From Octopus vulgaris (Eukaryota), in assembly GCA_951406725.2 (NCBI GenBank), contig OX597837.1:35030001-35094000 (forward strand): a stretch of 64,000 bases of DNA, read 5' to 3'. The translations under genes and the position numbers were made by a program. Below, in pieces: positions 1 to 13,794 of this stretch (its first letter is position 1; each line of letters begins with the position of its first letter). The notes beneath the pieces are model-generated. The model saw only the letters and a list, made by a program, of their open reading frames with translations, ran no database searches and was not told the DNA's origin.

Positions 1-255
1 AAACCATGTCAAAGCAGACATTGAAGCTCAATGCAGTCCTTGAACACATTGATTAGTATCAAACTGTACAAATCATTCCACCATGGAACAGGGATGTTAA
101 ATGATGATGATGACGATGATATATATAGTCTCAAACATTCTAGCTGTAACCAATAAACTTGACATACACCAACAGGCATATGAACTTCAGGTGTTGAAGC
201 ACATACACACAAATTCACACAATACATAAATATCTATACCTACATTTATATCTAT

Positions 256-299
<44 letters not shown>

Positions 300-301
<2 letters not shown>

Positions 302-612
302 TTTTATTTGTTTGTCATTTGACTGCGGCCATGCTGGAGCACTGCCTTTAGCCGAACAAATCAACCTGAGAACTTATTCTTTGTAAGCCTAGTACTCATT
401 CTAGCGGTTTCTTTTTACCAAACCATTAAGCTACGGGTACATAAACACACCAGCATCAGTTGTCAAGTGATAGTGCGGGGACAAACACAAACATATACAT
501 ATATATATATGACAGGCTTCTCTTCAGTTTCCATCTCCCAGATCCACTCACAAGGTTGTCCCGAGGTTATAGTAGAAGACACTTGCCAAGGTGCTACTTA
601 TCACACAGCCAC

Positions 613-615
<3 letters not shown>
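300..615 (-). mobile_element. SINE family A (tRNA-headed, internal microsatellite), diverged and internally deleted copy
   Basis: Reverse complement of family A blocks (gactgcggccatgctggagcac; ccactcacaagg; gacacttgccaagg) also seen at 8015 and 56290. Confidence 0.8.
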
Positions 616-652
<37 letters not shown>

Positions 653-2246
653 ATATAATATATATATATACACACACACATGTACATGATTCACATGAAG
701 TAAAATTTTCTATGGTTGGATGCCCTTCTTGTCATCAACCCTCACCTGTTTGCAAGCATGACAATATTTCCCCCATGGCCAGACATGTCTTTCACAAAAG
801 ACTGGAAATGAACACTCTCGCTTGTGTGATGATAATGCTCTTTTACAACCATCATGCCATATCAAGATAAGAAAAGACACACACAAACAAAAACACACAC
901 ACATACACACACACACGATGGGCTTCTTTTGGTTTCCATCAACCAAATCCACTCACAAAGCTTTGGTCAGCCTGGGGTTACAGTAGAAGACATTTGCCCA
1001 GGGAACCATGCAGCAGAACTGAACCCAAGACACAGAATGGGGAAACTTCGTGGGGAAACTTCTTAACCACACACCCACACCTGGCTCTCTATGTACATAT
1101 TATGTGTGTGTGTATACAAACATACATAAATATATATACATGCACTCATTGGCAGACAAGCACATTCACTCCAAGACAAGATGGCACATGGTTAAGAAAA
1201 AGGACTCAGTACACTTTAGCTACATCCAACCCCACACCCATAAGGTATAACAGACATTAGAAAGATGATGATGATGATGCTGATGATAACCACACATTCT
1301 TTCATCCACATAGTAACTAATCTAAACATACATTTATATACACTCCTCCCACATACAAACACACACCCTATGTAAATAAACACAATGCTTACTAGAAATA
1401 ATGATATCATATAAAATTAATAGCTTTCCATCATTAAATTCCTTGAGAACAGTATTGCCCTCATCAAGATCTTATGAATAAATTATGAACGCTTTTGTTT
1501 TGCTCTTTACTTCTTCTTATTTTTTTCTTCCTTACCATTCTTCAGTATACTTTGTTCGACCACTAAAACTCTGCAGACAGAATTCTCATACAACACATTT
1601 GAGATTAGACCAATGTTTGCCAATTGATAAAATAATGGTTCGCTTTTCTTTTTGTTTAATTTGAGGAACTTGTTTGCTTTCTTTCTTTGCTATCTGTTTT
1701 TTTGTTTTTTTTTTACCTTCTAAATTTATTTATGATTCATTTACCGATTCCTTTATTTTCATTTTGGAGGGAGTTTTTTTTTTTTTTTGTTATTACTGCC
1801 ATCATCACCATCAGTAGCAACATCATTATTACCATTAGTATTGAGCTTTTTTTTGTTCGTTTTTATATCTTCTTTCTCAATAATCAGCTAAAACGATTAG
1901 CATAAATTAAAAAAAAAAAAAGAAAGAAAGAAACAAGAACACGAATAAATTGTTTCAAAACCTTTTAAAAGATCTTGCTAAAATATCAGAAACATCTAGA
2001 ATTCACAAGTTTTAGTGCTTCTTCACAAGACATCCACCTGCAAATCATTTACAGCTAACAAAATTAAATACAAAAAACAAAACTATTTTGTTTCCTTTTC
2101 TTCGCTTTCTAGACAGTAATCTTTGCATTTCAACAGCAAACTTTTGTAAAATATCAAATATATTTATTATTCTTTGGGGATTTTTGGTGTTTTTTTAATT
2201 TTTTTTATATTTCACATATACTTCAGGAGCGGTACCCACTCACACA

Positions 2247-2279
<33 letters not shown>

Positions 2280-2299
2280 TATTAATATTTACCATTGTT

Positions 2300-2984
2300 A
2301 TTGAACTGGCAGAATTGTTAGTCTGCCAGACGAAATGCTCAATGGCACTTTTCCTGGCTCTTTCTGTCCTGAGTTCAAATCCCATCAAAGTCGACGTTGC
2401 TGAGCTAGCAGAATCATTATAAAGTACTAATCCTGTACTGAACTCAATGATATCGGCCAACCTCTCTCCTCGCAATTATTGACGTTGTGATTAAATTAGA
2501 AATCACTTTAATTATGATTATTATTGTTATTATTGCTGGCAGAATTATTAGCACACCAGATGAAATGCATTGTGGCATTTCATCCATCTTTATGTTCAGA
2601 GTTTAAATTCCACCAAGGTCAATTTTGCCTTTTATCCTTTCAAAGTCGATAAAATAAGTCCTAGTTGTAATCAAGAAGTATCCCCTCCGACACCAAAACA
2701 AGAACAAACAAAATTTCAGGCTTTGTGCCTACAGTATAAAGGGTTATTACTAATATTATTGTTGGCAGAGTTGCTAGCACACTGGTAAAAAGTTTAGCAG
2801 CATTTCATCCAGCTCTTTATGATCTGGGTTCAAATTCTGACATGGTCAACTACCTTTTATCCTTTCATGGCAGATAAAATAAGTACCAGTTGAGTACTGG
2901 GGCCAATGTAATCAACAAGCACTCCCCACCAAAATTTCAGGACTTGTGCCTATAGTAGAAAGGATTATTATTATTATTGTTATA

Positions 2985-3016
<32 letters not shown>

Positions 3017-3600
3017 GGCAGTGAGCTGGCAGTATTGTAAGCACACCAAACAAAATGATTAGTCAAATTCCATCAATCTTTAAATCTGGAATTCAAATTT
3101 CAAGGTTGACTTTGCCGTTCATTCTTTTGGGGTCGATAAAATAAGTACCAGTCAAGTATTGGGGTCGATGTGATCAACAATCCCTCTCCCCACAAATAGC
3201 AGACTTTGTGCCTATTGAAGAAAGGATTATTGTAACTATTATTAAAGTGGTGAGCTGGCAGAATCATTAGCATGGTGGACAAAATGGTTAGTAGAATTTT
3301 GTCTGTCTTTAAGTCCTGAGTTCAAATTCCACTGAGGTTGACTTTGCCTTTCATTCTTTTGGGGTCAATAAATTAAGTACCAGTGAAACACTGGGTTCGA
3401 TGTAATTGACTAGTCCCCTTACCCCCAAATTTCAGGCCTTGTGCCTTTAGCTGAAAAGATTATTATTATTATTACTGTTGACTTTGCCTTTCATTCTTTC
3501 AAGGTCAGTTAAATAAGTACCAGTTACGCACTGGAGTCAATGTAATCGACTTAATCCCTTCCCCCAAATTTAAGGCCTTATGCTTCCAGTAGAAAGGATT
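2300..3600 (+). mobile_element. Cluster of about 6-7 decayed SINE family B copies separated by (ATT)n
   Basis: Repeated blocks gagctggcaga...gagttcaaattcc...gactttgcctttcatcctttcggggtcgataaaataagtaccagt. Confidence 0.8.
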
Positions 3601-3966
3601 GAAGTCTTCAGGATTCCCAGCACTGTAAGCTTTTACCAAAATTCCCAGTTTATTTACTTTATTTTTGCTGACCATTTTTGGGGAGAAGCTCAATGGTTGC
3701 ACCAGGGTGCAGTTTTATGTAAAAATGCTACAACCAGGATGTCTAACGTTTAGAGTATTTCCAAAAGCATGAAATCTAGATTCTTTTTTCTCAGTAAAAC
3801 CAAGATGAATTCCAATGAATCCATGAAAATACTCAATAGAGAAACACAAGAAAACGAGGAAGTGAAAAGGATCGTAGCAAAGAAAATTAGAGGTGGGGTG
3901 GGGGGGAAATGGTTAGCAATTTCTGCAAGCATTCAAATTGCTACATTTGAAAGTCATAGTGACGTT

Positions 3967-3980
3967 GTTGCCATGACAAC
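3967..3980. promoter_or_regulatory. RFX X-box-like palindrome GTTGCCATGACAAC with adjacent CRE half-site (TGACGT, 3960-3965)
   Basis: 13/14 match to GTTGCCATGGCAAC, in non-repeat sequence. Confidence 0.4.
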
Positions 3981-4702
3981 AAAAATACAAATAACACAGC
4001 TGGGAAACAATATCAGCGAAAAAAAAACAAGAAAAAAAAACAGCAAAAACAGTAAAAACCAGCAGCAGCAGCATTTACAATAACAACACAGAGAACAAGG
4101 AAAATAATATGAGCAACAACAACAACAGCAAGGATTTTCCGAGCTTGTCAATCCTGAGGGAAACAAGCTACGTCAACAACAACACCACCAACTTTGCAAC
4201 CGTCACCTCTACCACTTCTTTCATCACAGACAGACATTGCTGCTACTACATTCACTGTGGTCTCTGGAATCACCTTCATTAGTACCAACAACTCTATCAA
4301 ATTCTAAAAGTGGGTTCCATTTCCAGGAATGACAAGGTTCCATGAGCAAGTACAGGGATCTGGGCAGAGCAGAGAAGTACTTATGAAACAAAAAGAGTAG
4401 GGAGCAGCTCAGTTGGCCATTCTGCCACAACTGATAGAAAAAAAGGGGAAAAAAAAATTGATACAGGAACTATTATACATTGCTAAGGAATCCACTACAC
4501 AGCTGCTTCCAGAAATACTAACCAAATCTCCTTCCATACCCTACTATCTTAACATGTAAATGCCACGGCCTGTTGCTGGAACTAACTTGTGATGCCACAT
4601 ATTTCCAGTCACACTGCGTACTGTTTAATTACAGAGAAATGCAATTTTTTGCATTTTTACAATATTTCATAATTAAACTTCAATATTTAGCATTCATGTT
4701 AT

Positions 4703-5046
4703 TTAACTCTTTAGCATTTAATCCAATCATATCCGGCTCAAATATTCCACCTGTTTTATGTTAAAACTGACCAGATCCAATCTCTCACACCAACCCTACA
4801 ATGTCATTCTAAAAATATACAAACAAACTCTGCCAGATCAAGATTGGAGCCTGGTGCAACCATCTGGTTCACCACTCCTCAGTCAAATCGTCCAACCCAC
4901 GCTAGCATGGAAAGTGAATGTTAAATGATGATGATGATGATGATGACACCATTGAAATCTTGAAGCGTTCAGATAAAGCTTAAGTGAAAATAATGTGAAT
5001 AAATAAGCAATATATTTGACAATGAAATCTGAATGCTAAACAGTTA
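4703..5046. mobile_element. piggyBac-like (TTAA) MITE containing a nested RTE-tail element (about 4826-4945)
   Basis: Left end ttaactctttagcatt and right end aatgctaaacagtta form imperfect TIRs; internal insert ends in (gat)n. Confidence 0.55.
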
Positions 5047-6939
5047 TCCTTAAAACCATGTCAAAGATACAGAATAAAATATTTTCTCAAATTATGAAAA
5101 TGTACCACTGGTGGTGCATACGATGGTTGTGTGACATTTGCAATGAACCACCAGTAGTACAAGAGGTGGTAACATGTTCAATAAAGAAGTTTACACTAGC
5201 AGAATTGTCAGAGCATTAAGTAAAATGCCTTGCAGCATTTAGTAAAGGCTATTTGTATTCTAAGTTCAAATTTCATTATGGCTGACTTTGGCTTGCATTC
5301 TTCTGAGATTGATAAAATATAGCATCAGTCAAAGGTGTAGTTGATTGTTCCCCTCTCACCACATTTTTGACCTTGTACCTGGATTACAAACAATAATTAA
5401 ATTGGAACAGTGGACGGCTGAACTGGTACTTCCCTTTATTTTGTGTTCAGAAGTCCTCAGTGCCAACTAACTTTCACCTGTATAGGTCAATAAATAAAGT
5501 AGAAGACAGGCACTGACATAAGGTAGTCATGAATTTCCTTAACAGCAATAACATGCTGAGTGAAACCACTTTCACTGAGGAATCAAATCCAAACAATAAT
5601 TTTTTTCTCCTTTTGAAAAATGTAGTACTCCTCTCTCTTACACACACACACATACACACACACACACACACCACTACAATTCACATTAGAGAGCACAAGC
5701 CAATGCTGGTCGCTCGACTATCTTGGAATAGCAACCAAATCTCCTACAAATCCCATCCCTAACATATTAGAAAGGTAGGGTCACCTTAAATAACCTCTCC
5801 CTAGCCCCACACCACAATACAAAAAAACAAACAAACTGGACAGGATAGTGATGGTTATGGCTGGAATGTCTTTGAACAAACATAAGTTTAGTCTGCTTGG
5901 TCAGAACTGACCGGTGGTTAAACAACAACAACAACAACTACCTATGATGCTATTCTGACCTAGTATTGATCCAATGAAATGTCCTGTATGAGAGAGAGAC
6001 AGACAGACAGACAGACAGAAATATAGAGAAAGAGAGAGAGAGAAAGAGACAGACAGACAGACAGACAGAAATATAGAGAAAGAGAGAGAGAAAGAGTCAA
6101 GCAGTGTGTCTTTATTTGTATAACTGAATGAGAGAATAACAGAATATTAGTTGAAACCAATATTCTGTTTTAGTAGTAACATCGTCTGATGAGTTTTTAG
6201 AGAATGTATATATTTAGTAGCAATGGAAGCAGTACCGGGTGGAGGTGGGGAGTTAGGTAGGAAAGGGTGAATGGAAGGGGGTGTAAAAATATATATATGT
6301 GGTTAAAGAAAAAGAACTAAATTGCAAAGAAATGGAGGCTGGAGGAGGGCGGGAGAGAAAGATGGAAAGAAAGAAGAGTAAGAAAACAGGAGCAGAAGAA
6401 AGGAAGGCGGAGAGAAGAATGAATGAATGAATGAATGAGTGAATGAATGAGTGAATGAAAGACACAAAGATGGAAAGAAAAGAGGGTGAACAAGGAATAG
6501 AGGAAAGGCAGAAAGAAAAAAGAAAGAATGAATAAATGAAAGATACAAAGAAGGAAAGACAAATGAATGATACAATAAAGAAAGAATGAAAGAAACAATG
6601 AAGAAAAAAAGAAAGATGAAAAAAGAAATGAGGAAGATGAATGACACAAAGAAGAAAAGAGTGAATGAAAGACAACAAAAGAAGAAAAAATTATGAAGAA
6701 AAAATTAAGATGTGAGCAGAGAAGAAAAAAATTGCAAAGAAAGAGTGTGGGAAGAAAAAGATGTAAAACAATGTTAGAAAAGAAGAAAATAAAAGGAAAG
6801 AGAGTGAAAGATATGAAATCATAGACAGAATAAAAGTAAAAGGAAGAAGGAAAACTGGTGAGGAAAACTGAAGAAAAAAGGAAGAAAGAAAGAAAGTTAA
6901 GACAAGAAAGGAAGAAAGTTAAGAATGAGTGAAAGTTTC

Positions 6940-7066
6940 ATATATATATATGTGTGTGGATATTATATATATATATGTGTGTGCGTGTGGATATTATATA
7001 TATATGTGTGTGTGGATATTATATATATATATGTATGCATATTATATATATATATATATGTATGTA

Positions 7067-7128
<62 letters not shown>

Positions 7129-7156
7129 TGCATATATGTATATATATATATATGTA

Positions 7157-7193
<37 letters not shown>

Positions 7194-7257
7194 GTATGTA
7201 TATATATATATATATATATATAAATGTATGTATATATATATATATATATATATATAA

Positions 7258-7296
<39 letters not shown>

Positions 7297-7297
7297 C

Positions 7298-7333
<36 letters not shown>

Positions 7334-7338
7334 CATAC

Positions 7339-7411
<73 letters not shown>

Positions 7412-7412
7412 C

Positions 7413-7445
<33 letters not shown>

Positions 7446-7450
7446 CATAC

Positions 7451-7496
<46 letters not shown>

Positions 7497-7497
7497 G

Positions 7498-7535
<38 letters not shown>
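6940..7535. repeat. Compound (TA)n/(ATGT)n microsatellite
   Basis: Directly visible. Confidence 0.95.
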
Positions 7536-7539
<4 letters not shown>

Positions 7540-8014
7540 CCACACATATTAAATGAAAAAAAAAGAAGGAAAGAAATGGAATAGAGGGAGAGAAGATGGA
7601 AAGAAGATGAAAGGAAAGGACACTGAGAGTAAAGGTGGTGGTGGTGGTGGTGGTGGTGGCGGTATTGATGATGGTGGTGACAGTGGAGAAAGGATAGTTT
7701 CTAATTAGATAAAGTAGATTACTTTTCACAAAAGACAAGATAAGATGGCCACCACAAAACACATGGAAAGCAAAGGATTCCAACCACAACATAAACAACA
7801 ACAACAACGATAATAATGATAATTTCTTAATTATCTTTTTAGTATTAAAGATAGTAATAACTTTCTAATTCTGGCACAAGGCAACCAATTTTGAGGAGGG
7901 AAGCAAGTTGATCACATCGACCCCCAGTACATGACTGGTACTTTATTTTATTGATCCTCAAAGGATGAAAGACAAAACTGACCTCAGTAAAAAAATTGAA
8001 ATACAGAACATGAA

Positions 8015-8413
8015 CAGGAGTGGCTGTGTGGTAAGTAGCTTGCTAACCAACCACATGGTTCCGGGTTCAGTCCCACTGCGTGGCATCTTGGGCAAATGTC
8101 TTCTGCTATAGCCCCGGGCCGACCAATGCCTTGTGAGTGGATTTGGTAGACGGAAACTGAAAGAAGCCTGTCGTATATATGTATATATATATGTATGTGT
8201 GTGTGTGTGTATATGTTTGTCCCCCTAGCATTGCTTGACAACCGATGCTGGTGTGTTTACGTCCCCGTCACTTAGCGGTTCGGCAAAAGAGACCAATAGA
8301 ATAAGTACTGGGCTTACAAAGAATAAGTCCCGGGGTCGATTTGCTCAACTAAAGGCGGTGCTCCAGCATGGCTGCAGTCAAATGACTGAAACAAGTAAAA
8401 GAGTAAAAGAGTA
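8015..8413 (+). mobile_element. SINE family A, near full length
   Basis: tRNA-like head with A-box (tggctgtgtgg) and B-box (ggttcagtcc), CORE-like cttgggcaa block, internal (TA)/(TG) tract, (gtaaaaga)n tail; closely matches 17520, 56290, 63462. Confidence 0.9.
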
Positions 8414-8704
8414 ACCAGAAGAAATGCTGCCGCTAAGCATTTTGCCCAAAATGCTAACAATTCTGCCATTTGACCACCTTTTGATAATAATCATAATAAT
8501 AATTATTTCAAATGTTTGGCTCAAGGTTAGCAGTTTTGAGAGGAGCAGGTTAAGTCCCAGGACATGACTGGTACTTGTTTTATCAATCGCAAAAGGATAA
8601 AAGGCAGAGTCAGCCTTGGTGGGATTTGAACTCAAGAACATAAGGAGCCAAAAGAACTACCACTAAGCATTTTATCTAATGCACCAACAATTTTGCTCAC
8701 CACT

Positions 8705-8755
<51 letters not shown>

Positions 8756-8929
8756 GGCACAAGGCCTGACACATTGACCCCAGTGCTCAACTGGTACTTA
8801 ACTTGTCAACCCTGAAAGGATGAAAGCAAAGTTGACCTTGGCAGAATTTGAACCCAGACCATAGCAATGGACGAAATATCGCTAAGTATTTCATCCAGTG
8901 TGCTAACGGTTCTGCCAGCTCTCTGCCTT

Positions 8930-8970
8930 AATAATAATAATAATGATGATAATAATAATACTACTACTAC

Positions 8971-9065
<95 letters not shown>

Positions 9066-9145
9066 GTAATAATAATAATAATAGTAGTAATAATAATAAT
9101 AATAATAGTAATAATAATAATAATAATAGTACTAATGATAATAAT
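8930..9145. repeat. (TAA)n microsatellite
   Basis: Directly visible. Confidence 0.95.
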
Positions 9146-9624
9146 TGTTTCTAACTTTTTGATAATGATAAAAAAGTAATATTTTATTAATATTAATACT
9201 AATTTCTTCTTATTTTTTGTCTATTAATAATAAGGATAATGATAAGTTCGGTAAATCCAGTGCAGCCAAGGCACCAGTATGGCATTGCAAGACAATGATT
9301 TGGTCTTGGTGAACCCTCAGCAATATCTAACAAGAGTTAATAAAACTGAAAGAAAGAAATCAACAAAAACTCAAGCTACTACTTAGAAGGACGACGATGA
9401 TGATGATGACGACGATGATGATGATGATTCAGTTATTATTGTTGTTGTTGTTGTTGTTATTTTACACAATTTCAATATATCTTCTCTATGAAAACCGTCC
9501 CTCACCGTTCTCACTGCACGTTCATTCTGTGGTGGCTCTCGTCCGTCTTCCCTTGTGGCTCCTAAACTAATCATTATTATTATTACTTCTTTGTTCATAG
9601 CCTTTGTGGCATGTAATGAAATGG

Positions 9625-9746
9625 TTATTATTATTATTATTGCTATTATTATTATTATTATCATCATCATCATCATCATTATTACTATTATCATCATTAT
9701 TATTATTATTATCATCATCATTATTATTACTATTATCATTATTATT

Positions 9747-9788
<42 letters not shown>

Positions 9789-9803
9789 TTATTACTATTA
9801 TCA

Positions 9804-9852
<49 letters not shown>

Positions 9853-9986
9853 TATTATTATTACTATTATTATTATTATTATCATCATTATTATTATTAT
9901 CATCATTATTATTATTATCATCATTATTATTATCATCATTATTATTATTATCATCATTATTATTATTATCATCATTATTATTATCA

Positions 9987-10017
<31 letters not shown>

Positions 10018-10162
10018 TATTATTATTATTACTATTATCATTATTATTATCATTATCATTATTATTATTATTATCATCATCATTATTACTATTATCATTA
10101 TTATTATTATCATCATCATCATTATTACTATTATCATTATTATTATTATTATTATTATTAAT
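9625..10162. repeat. (ATT/ATC)n trinucleotide tract
   Basis: Directly visible; source of the poly-I/L/Y/H ORFs. Confidence 0.95.
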
Positions 10163-10998
10163 AATACAATATCAAAAAATGAAGAGAAGAAACTACTAGC
10201 TTCCTTTCTTTTCTTGTCTTTTTCTCCCTTCCTTCTTTTTTTTTTTTGTAAAGGGGGAGGGCGCTGATTTAATAATAGCAATTATGTAAACATTTATTAG
10301 TGCAATAGATGTAGGCTTTCAGTAGCTATTTCCTATTTCCACTGTATAGATTGTAATGTGTGTTGGTATTGGTGGTAATGATGATGGTTGTGGTGGTGGT
10401 GGTGGTTGTGGTGATGGCAGTGATGCGTGTATGTAAGGGTGGAGTGTAGGGAGCGAGTATTCTAGAAGAAGAAAGCAATAAATGAAAGAAAGATTAATAA
10501 AGAGGAAATTGATCTTCAGAAAAATACAATGACCGTATTGAGAGTAGAGAGGTAGGTATGTGGCTTGGTATGTAGTTGTGTGGGTTAGGGTTAGAGGGTA
10601 GATAGATAGGTAAGTGGATGATGATCGCACAATAAAATGCACCAGTTAAATTGCTTTTTGTGGTTGGTGACTGAAAGGGTATCCAGCCATAACAAAAAAC
10701 AAAACAACAACAACACACGCGCGCACACACACAGAAACAAATAAGCCAAAAATGCCAACTGGGACTAACATATATGATCCAGATAGAAAGAGCCTATGGA
10801 AGAGAAAGGCTGAAGGAAAGCTTGAAGAAGATGATGAAAGAAGTGGTAAGGACTCATTCCCCCCCCCACACACACACACATACACAAAACAAAAACCAAG
10901 AAACATGGCAGAGCAACAGTTGGTATTATGCTGTGCTGGAATAGACTTCCCTACTCCACGTCAATATGGAAAAAAAATATGATGATGATGATGATAAT

Positions 10999-11335
10999 CC
11001 GGGGGATCCAGGACCCCCTTCGGTCACGACACTGACCATGGGATTGCACCTAGAAAGTTACCCTCCTAGTCACAAGTCTGGGCATGGTTGTTTATGGAAG
11101 ACCAGCAGTCGCCCATGCATACCGGCCTCCCCTCTCCACGCCACCAGTGTTATCCAAGGGAAAGACAAAGGCTGATACAGCTTGGCACCTCTGACGTCGC
11201 AACTCATTTCTACAGCTGAGTGAATTGGAGCAACGTGAAATAAAGTGTCTTGCTCAAGAACACAACACGCAGCCCGGTCCGGGATTTGAGCTCACAACCT
11301 CACGATCGTAAGCTCGACGCTCTAACCACTGAGCC
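10999..11335 (-). mobile_element. SINE family D with 11-bp target-site duplication
   Basis: Minus-strand tRNA head (tggctcagtggttagagcg), central gtgttcttgagcaagacactt...cactcagctgtagaaatgagt block resembling the MetaSINE domain; atgatgataat at 10988-10998 and 11336-11346. Confidence 0.85.
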
Positions 11336-11459
11336 ATGATGATAATAGGACCTGTGAAATTAACCTTTAACACACTTAGGTGCATCATAGCACTGTAAGA
11401 GTTTTCTCCCCTGTAGCTAAAGGTGCATTATGTCTCACTGAGAAGAGAGAAAATTCGTA

Positions 11460-12265
11460 CAGTTGACTGCATCGACTGCAGTGCTAAAATGGTACTTGTT
11501 TTATCAACCCTGAAAGGAAGAAAGGCAAAGTCGACTTTAGCAGAATTTGAACTCAGAATGTAAAGGCAGACAAAACACAACTAAGTATTTTTCCTGGTGT
11601 GTTCACAATTCTGCCAGCTTAATGCTTTAGGGAGAAGAAATATAGCTTTCAAATTTTGGCACAAGGCCAGCAATTTCAGAGGAGGAGATAAGTTAATTAC
11701 ATTGACCCCAGTGTTCAAATGGTACTCTGAAAGGATGAGAGGCAAAGTCTACCCTGGCAGCATTTGAACTCAGAACATAAAGTCAGAAGAAATGCCACTA
11801 AGCAATTTTCTTGGTGCAGTAATGATTCTGTCAGCACATCACAGGAAGAAGAAATATTATTTTCTACTCTAGGCACAAGGCCCGAAATTTTGGGGGAGGA
11901 GGCCAGTCGATTAGATTGACTCAGAATGCAACTGGTACTCAATTTATTGACCCTGAAAGGATGAAAGGTAAAGTTGACCTTGGTGAAATTTGAACACAGA
12001 ACATAAAGACAGATGAAATACTGCTAAGTATTTTGCCTGGCATGCTAATGTTTATTTCTTTACTGCTCACAAGGGGCAGCACACAGAGGGGACAAACAAG
12101 GAGAGACAAACGGATTAAGTCGATTATATCGACCTCGGTGCATAACTGGTACTTATTTAATCGACCTCGAAAGGATGAAAAGCAAAGTCGACCTTGGCAG
12201 AATTTGAACTCAGAACGTAGCGGCAGACGAAATACCACAAGCCATTTCTCCCAGCTCGCCACTTT
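11460..12265 (-). mobile_element. Four tandem SINE family B copies
   Basis: Repeated reverse-complement blocks gaaaggatgaaaggcaaagtcgacc...gaatttgaactcagaac. Confidence 0.85.
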
Positions 12266-12654
12266 AGGAAGAAGAAATATTAAAGCAAGGATGAAGATTA
12301 TGATTATTATGACACCATTTTAACTATCCTGCCTTAGAGACAACAAAATGCCTGCTGGGATTTGAACTTGTGAGATAATAGATTAAAAATCAATGATGAT
12401 GAAATGATGACGATGATAACAATGACAGCATTGGTGAATAGCATTTCCGCAGAGATGACTGAACTTGTATGTTAATGTTGCTGCTTTACACAATATCTGC
12501 TCTGATCAAGCAAGTCCTTGACCAAAGACGTTCCAGCTGTGACCATATTGTCCGTTTCAGGATATGTAAACCAATATGTTAGCCAATATGATCCTTAATG
12601 TCCCCAAGTCAAATCCTGCTGGGTCAACACTACCTTCCATCATTTCTGTGAAGG

Positions 12655-12965
12655 CACCTGGCTTAGTGGTTAGGGTGTTCAGCTAACAGCTGTAAGGTCA
12701 TGGGTTTGATTCCTGGCAGTATGTTGTGTTCTTGAGCAAGTCACTTCATTTCACATTGCTCCAGTCCACTCAGCTAGCAAAAATTTGTACCTGTAATTCA
12801 AAGGGCCAGCCTTGTCATATTCTGTGTCACACTGAATCTCCCTAAGAACTATGTTAAGATGACATGTGTCTGTGGAGCGTTCAGCCACTTGCACATAAAT
12901 TTCATGACCAAGCTATTCTGTTGATCAAACCAAATGCAACTCTTGCCATCATAGCCAATGGAGCT
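12655..12965 (+). mobile_element. Older SINE related to families C/D
   Basis: tRNA head, tgtgttcttgagcaag block and family C 3' block (ctgaatctccctaagaactatgttaag). Confidence 0.65.
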
Positions 12966-13279
12966 CCAATTTCATCATTTCCAGGAAAGGCATGAACATC
13001 ACATTATCTCCAAATCCTTTTTCTTATTCTTTCCTCTCAAACTACCATGCCGACACAATAAAATAAAAGATTTCATTTCTATTCATCACAACAGTTGCTG
13101 TTTATGTTAAGGTGTTGTTATCATTATTTGTTGTTACCTTTTGTTGTTGTTGTTACCTTAATTTTGTTGTTGTAGTTATTATTAAGCACTCACAAGTCCT
13201 CTTCCTCCTTTTTTATTCATTTATTTTCCTATTTACTGTTTCGCCTTGCATCCTTCCTCTTTCTCTCCACCCCCACCCC

Positions 13280-13319
<40 letters not shown>

Positions 13320-13794
13320 CTCCCTCTACCCCTCCCTCCCTCCCTCCTTCAGCTTCGTTCGAGTGCAAAGAAAAGGAGGAATTCAATAGAGAAGACAGTT
13401 CTTCAAGCTAAACTGAGCATCAAGAAAGCGACAATGTACTTGTCTCGCACGAGACTGTTTCGATTTTTCACGAGTGATTTGTTTCCCTTTGAAGATGTGC
13501 AAGAGAGGGAGAGAGGGAGAGAGAGAGAGAGAGAGAGTGTGTGTGTGGGGGGGGAGCTGTGTGGTGGGGAGAGAGAGAGAGCTGTGTGGTGATGTTGGCA
13601 GAAGAGACATGCAACGGACTTGCAGCCCCAGCGTTCAGCTGCAGGTGACAGCAGTAACCGACAGCCTCTTGTGAGCAAGTCTATAAGAAGACACTCTACA
13701 ACCAACACTGGTGTTTGTTGAGTTGTTTTTCTCAATGGATTCCGATGATTGCTTCAAACTACATGTGGTGCAGCAGCAGCAGCATGTATGTGGA

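Noticed and set aside
1531-1620. Minus-strand donor (gaagaATG|GTAAGG) as a possible exon of the host gene
   Set aside because: Acceptor is weak and no recognisable peptide results; unsupported without RNA data
4109-4282. Short ORF MSNNNNSKDFPSLSILRETSYVNNNTTNF...
   Set aside because: Derived from decayed CAA/ACC trinucleotide sequence; stops early and has no splice donor
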